DNA of 64,000 bases, taken from contig JBCCYL010000026.1 in assembly GCA_039189765.1 (NCBI GenBank), forward strand, positions 11,579 to 75,578, written 5' to 3'. The notes beneath the pieces are model-generated. The model searched no databases and was not told the origin of the DNA. It worked only from the letters and a program-made list of their open reading frames with translations. Below, in pieces: positions 60,171-64,000 of the stretch (the stretch's first letter is position 1; the number at the start of each line of letters is the position of its first letter). Position numbers and translations under genes: made by a program. The stretch is from Cyanobacteria bacterium P01_F01_bin.150. GTDB taxonomy: Bacteria; Cyanobacteriota; Cyanobacteriia; CAKZMO01.

Positions 60171-62963
60171 ATGATCCAATCTCCAGCATCCACTCCCGGT
60201 CTCTCAGTCGCTCCCTTTGAAAACATCACCGTTGTTCTTCGGATTAACAGCGGCAGCTTTGCCGCTGGGTTTGAAGTGACGCTGCAAATTTTGGATAACG
60301 GTCAGATTATTCAAGAAGACGATCGCTTTCTGGAGCTGCCTGCGGAACCCACTATTCCCAAACTCTACGCCCAGTGGCAGAGCTTATCCCAGGAACAGAG
60401 TATGGACTTTCAGCGAGCCATTGACCGGGGCATCAAGCCCGTGGCGGTGCAGGTCACCAACGTTGAGGACTGGAGTCAATTAACCGATCAGCTAGCCCAT
60501 CAGTGTCGTCAGTGGTTTAAGAGCGCATCGTTTGTTAATTTGAGCGCTCGCATCCGGGCCAACCGCAAGGTTCATATGGACGGCTCAATTCCCATTATTA
60601 TTCGCTCCCAAACCGGAATCTTAGAACAGGATCAAATATTGTCTCAGCTACCTTGGCACCTGTGGTGGGATCTATTTTCCAATCTCCCAAATGCGGAATT
60701 TGCCATGTTTAGCGGCTTTCGAGAAAAATCACCCGCGCTGCAATTTCCCATCCGGATATTAGCTATTTTTGGTAGCCCCAGCGGCAATCTTAATTTTACC
60801 CAGGAAGTTCGAGCGCTGGAGCTATTAAAGCAGCGGGGGGCCAGCCTTAAGCAGTTAGTAGAACCCACCATTGACGCCCTATCGGACAGACTGTTTGAAC
60901 AGCCATGGGATATTTTATTTTTTGCGGGCCATAGTTCCTGCCACGGCGAAAGTGGCACCATTCAGCTTAATGAACAAACCAATTTACGCCTGGATGAACT
61001 GCGTCAGGGTCTTCGCTATGCCGTGAACCAGGGGCTACGACTAGCGATTTTTAACTCCTGCGACGGGGTAAAGTTGGCTAATTTTCTGGCAAACGAGGTC
61101 AATATTCCCTCGTCCATTGTGATGCGACAGCCAGTACCAGACCAAATTGCCGGTAAATTCCTGCTGGACTTTCTCCAGGAGTTTTCCAAAGGCACTCCTC
61201 TCTATCGCTCCGTACGCCTTGCCCGTGGACGACTTGAGGGACTCCAGCGCAATTTCCCAGGGGCGTCATGGTTACCCACGATATTTGTAAATCCCAATCA
61301 GCCAGAGCTAATATGGCCTTCAGCCACTGAGGATGTTGCACTGATTGAAAGTGGTGCTGCATCAACGGCCTTTGGGCAAGCTCAAAAAGAGCCGCAGCCT
61401 CCAAAGCGTGGGGGGCAGAAGAAGGCGATCGCCCTTCCTATCCTGATCGGTCTGGGACTGGTTGGATTGGTGACGGCTTTACTGATGGGCAGAGCTTTTC
61501 GTCGTCCACCAGAGAAACCCCTGACGGTTGAGGTTGATAGCTTTATCAGTCAGGGAGAAAATAGCCTAGAAGATACCAGAATTGCCCTAGCTCCCTCCTA
61601 TTTAGGGATGAAGCAACGGGGAATTGATGCGTTTAGAGCGGGGGACTACGCCACTGCCTTTCTACTCTTTGACGAGCTAAGGAATCAGGCTAAACAGGAG
61701 AAAAATGCTGCCGACCCCAGTATTGCGAAACCCGCCCTAGCTGCTCTCCAAGACTATGAGAGCCTAATCTATCGCAACAATGCCCTAATTCTGAGGCAGA
61801 AACAGCAGAACCCAGATCTGCCAACCTATAACGTTGCCGTAGCGGCCCCCCTTAATTTTGACGCTGGAACCGGCCTTGCCTATGGGGTCGCCCAAGCCCA
61901 GGACGTATTTGTCAATCAACAGGGCCTCAATCTTTTGGTGACCCTGGCCAATGATGGCAATCAGGAAGTCCGCACCCAGGCGATCGCCCAGGACCTTGCC
62001 TCAACCGACGATATTTTGGCCGTTGTCGGACACTACACCTCCCCCAATTCCTGTGTGGCCCTCCAGTCATACTCCCCCCAAAGGCTAGTGATGATGTCCC
62101 CCACCAGCACCGCCATTGCCCTCCAGTCCGATCCCACCTGCGGCGATATCAATAACGTCTTTTTCCGGACGGTATCCAGCACCCGGTTTGAAGCCCAAAC
62201 GTTAGTTAATTATTTAATTGATGATTTGGCGATCGCCCAGCCTAATTTAGCGGTCTTTTATAACTACAACGAACTGTTTAGCCGCAATTTAGCCGAACAG
62301 TTTCAAGAGGTGGTCCGGGCTTTTGAAGGCAGCGTCACGACCTATGATCTCTCCGACCCTGAATTTAAGCCCAACCGTCTGCCCACGGTGGCAGAGTCTG
62401 CGGATGCGTTGGTTATTCTGCCAGATGGTGGCACTAATGATACCGCAGCCTTCGACCAAGCCATCAATATCCTCAAGCTAAACCAGGGTGAAAAACCTGT
62501 ACTGGGGTCCAACACTTTCTATCTCCAGACCGTCCTAAACCAAGTTGAGGCAGATGCCCTGGTCGATCGGCTATTTATGGCAGATGACTGGCATCCCCAA
62601 CAGTGTGGCGCTGAGCAGTTTAGCCAGCAAACCCGTGAATACTGGGGCGGGGACCTCAACCGGCGGACGGCCCTGGCCTATGACGCGGTGCAGGCGATTG
62701 CCCAAGCCATTACCCTGGCAGCGGAGGAGAATGGAACCCCAACCAAGACTGTTACCCGCCAGCAGGTTCGGCAAAAGTTAGCGGAAACCGGTATTCGCCC
62801 AGAGACCGCAGCGAGAAGCGCCACCAGTGCGGATATGATCATTAGCTTTGATGAGAATGGCGATCGCAAAGAGATTACCACCCGCCAAATTGTTACCGTT
62901 GCAGAGAGTAATAATCAGCTCCGCTTTGAATTAGTTGATCAGGGCGATTGTCCATCCCCATAG
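60171..62963 (+). CDS. CHAT protease - TM - periplasmic binding protein receptor, copy 2 (tandem paralog)
   Basis: LPWHLW, FFAGHS and IFNSCDG; TM AIALPILIGLGLVGLVTALLMG; AVVGHYTS, MSPTST, FFRTV and RTALAYDAV. Confidence 0.9.
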   Translation: MIQSPASTPGLSVAPFENITVVLRINSGSFAAGFEVTLQILDNGQIIQEDDRFLELPAEPTIPKLYAQWQSLSQEQSMDFQRAIDRGIKPVAVQVTNVEDWSQLTDQLAHQCRQWFKSASFVNLSARIRANRKVHMDGSIPIIIRSQTGILEQDQILSQLPWHLWWDLFSNLPNAEFAMFSGFREKSPALQFPIRILAIFGSPSGNLNFTQEVRALELLKQRGASLKQLVEPTIDALSDRLFEQPWDILFFAGHSSCHGESGTIQLNEQTNLRLDELRQGLRYAVNQGLRLAIFNSCDGVKLANFLANEVNIPSSIVMRQPVPDQIAGKFLLDFLQEFSKGTPLYRSVRLARGRLEGLQRNFPGASWLPTIFVNPNQPELIWPSATEDVALIESGAASTAFGQAQKEPQPPKRGGQKKAIALPILIGLGLVGLVTALLMGRAFRRPPEKPLTVEVDSFISQGENSLEDTRIALAPSYLGMKQRGIDAFRAGDYATAFLLFDELRNQAKQEKNAADPSIAKPALAALQDYESLIYRNNALILRQKQQNPDLPTYNVAVAAPLNFDAGTGLAYGVAQAQDVFVNQQGLNLLVTLANDGNQEVRTQAIAQDLASTDDILAVVGHYTSPNSCVALQSYSPQRLVMMSPTSTAIALQSDPTCGDINNVFFRTVSSTRFEAQTLVNYLIDDLAIAQPNLAVFYNYNELFSRNLAEQFQEVVRAFEGSVTTYDLSDPEFKPNRLPTVAESADALVILPDGGTNDTAAFDQAINILKLNQGEKPVLGSNTFYLQTVLNQVEADALVDRLFMADDWHPQQCGAEQFSQQTREYWGGDLNRRTALAYDAVQAIAQAITLAAEENGTPTKTVTRQQVRQKLAETGIRPETAARSATSADMIISFDENGDRKEITTRQIVTVAESNNQLRFELVDQGDCPSP

Positions 62964-63044
62964 AAGATATCAAAAAGCATGTCCCTCAAATGTGGCATAT
63001 ATGGGATTTGCGATGCTTCCAGAACTGAAGACAAAACGAAGAAT

Positions 63045-63324
63045 CTATTCGTCGTCATCTTGACGCTGTTCCATCAGCAGACCCAGAATATTGCGGTTTT
63101 CTGCCTGAAGCCCTCGGATATACACACCGTTTTCTTTAATCCAGCGACTATTTTCTTCGATCTGTTGACCGAGTGTAGCCAATAGATCTACGTACTTCAA
63201 CCATAGACTCTTTGATATCACGGCTGTTTTGTTCAATTTGGCACTGATGTTGCTGAATCCCCAGCATCATTATTTCTGCAAGGGCTTCAATGCGGTCCAG
63301 GCGGCTGGAAGTAGAGTCAGTCAT
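63045..63324 (-). pseudogene. Frameshifted small cyanobacterial coiled-coil protein gene
   Basis: MTDSTSSRLDRIEALAE...VRRSI continues in another frame as ATLGQQIEENSR...IRGLQAENRNIL; one extra base near 63180. Confidence 0.65.
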
Positions 63325-63408
63325 GAACTTTTGCGCTGAGATAGTACTCAAAATTATATCAAATAGAGAACAAATGACCTGCTTATGAGATGAGATGATT
63401 AGAGACGC

Positions 63409-63528
63409 GATCGCTATGTCATTGATTTTCGAATGCAAACCGAGGTGGGCGCTTCAATGGTGAGGAGTGCTTGGATTATCAGAACTGGAGAGCTATATCC
63501 ACGGTTGACCAGTGTTTATCCAATTTAG
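63409..63528 (+). pseudogene. 3' remnant of a DUF6883-like putative toxin gene
   Basis: Reads DRYVIDFRMQTEVGASMVRSAWIIRTGELYPRLTSVYPI*; in-frame TAG at 63400; directly upstream of DUF4926. Confidence 0.65.
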
Positions 63529-63549
63529 CAGACTGATCGAACTGTAAGT

Positions 63550-63816
63550 ATGCCAGAGGAGAATGTCATGAATTCAATCTATCTACACGATGTTGTTGCC
63601 TTAATGGAAGATACAATTGCCCAACGATTTCCTGTTGGCGGCAAAATTTTACTGCGGCGGGGACAGGTAGGTACGGTGATTGAAGAACTTGCAGCAGGGG
63701 AAGCGTTTGAGGTGGAATTTGCTGAGGCAGATGGACAAGTTTATGCCATGCTTGCCGTCAAAGCTGAGAATCTTATGCGTTTGCATTATGCACCAACAGA
63801 GCTAGCAGCAGGCTAG
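63550..63816 (+). CDS. DUF4926 domain protein
   Basis: LHDVVAL.ED...LRRGQVGTVIE...AFEVEF....GQ.YAML; the start may be at 63568. Confidence 0.85.
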   Translation: MPEENVMNSIYLHDVVALMEDTIAQRFPVGGKILLRRGQVGTVIEELAAGEAFEVEFAEADGQVYAMLAVKAENLMRLHYAPTELAAG

Positions 63817-64000
63817 GCAAATGTAGCAATATAAGCAGATGGACATAATTAATTTAATGAAAATCGGGGTGTGCGCCCCTTCGCTCAGCTTCAGAACAAG
63901 CTCACCTCTATTTACACAAGATTAGTGAAGTTGTTGATGATTGAGCCGAGGCCATGGGTTCACGGCACTCCCGAGGTCTTGATTGTCGCACCGGTAAATG

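Overview
A 64 kb chromosomal segment from a cyanobacterium, judged by frequent HIP1 GCGATCGC octamers, the pipX-pipY-sepF-proC cluster, gap1 and an rcaD/rcaG-like pair. Housekeeping genes (gap1, ttcA, proC, sepF, pipY, pipX, pabB/trpE-like, ecfT, der, tRNA-Met) are mixed with accessory regions. (1) At 51.5-63 kb there are two divergent sigma-like + DUF1822 gene pairs followed by two tandem CHAT (caspase-like) protease-TM-periplasmic binding protein receptors. A third CHAT receptor (CHAT-CHASE2, with DUF928) sits at 33.9-37.3 kb. Together they suggest a protease-gated sigma-factor signalling system. (2) A three-gene island next to tRNA-Met encodes a stand-alone Ntox43-like toxin domain with an altered catalytic motif, a Gfo/Idh/MocA oxidoreductase and a ferritin-like di-iron protein. 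(3) There are several pseudogenes: a shattered actin/Hsp70-fold gene, an internally deleted T1SS/RTX gene, a CHAT active-site remnant, and a DUF6883-like toxin truncated at a HIP1 site. (4) Many MITEs, REP-like hairpins and tandem repeats are present, several inserted in frame inside proteins. All family assignments come from reading motifs by eye; no database searches were run.
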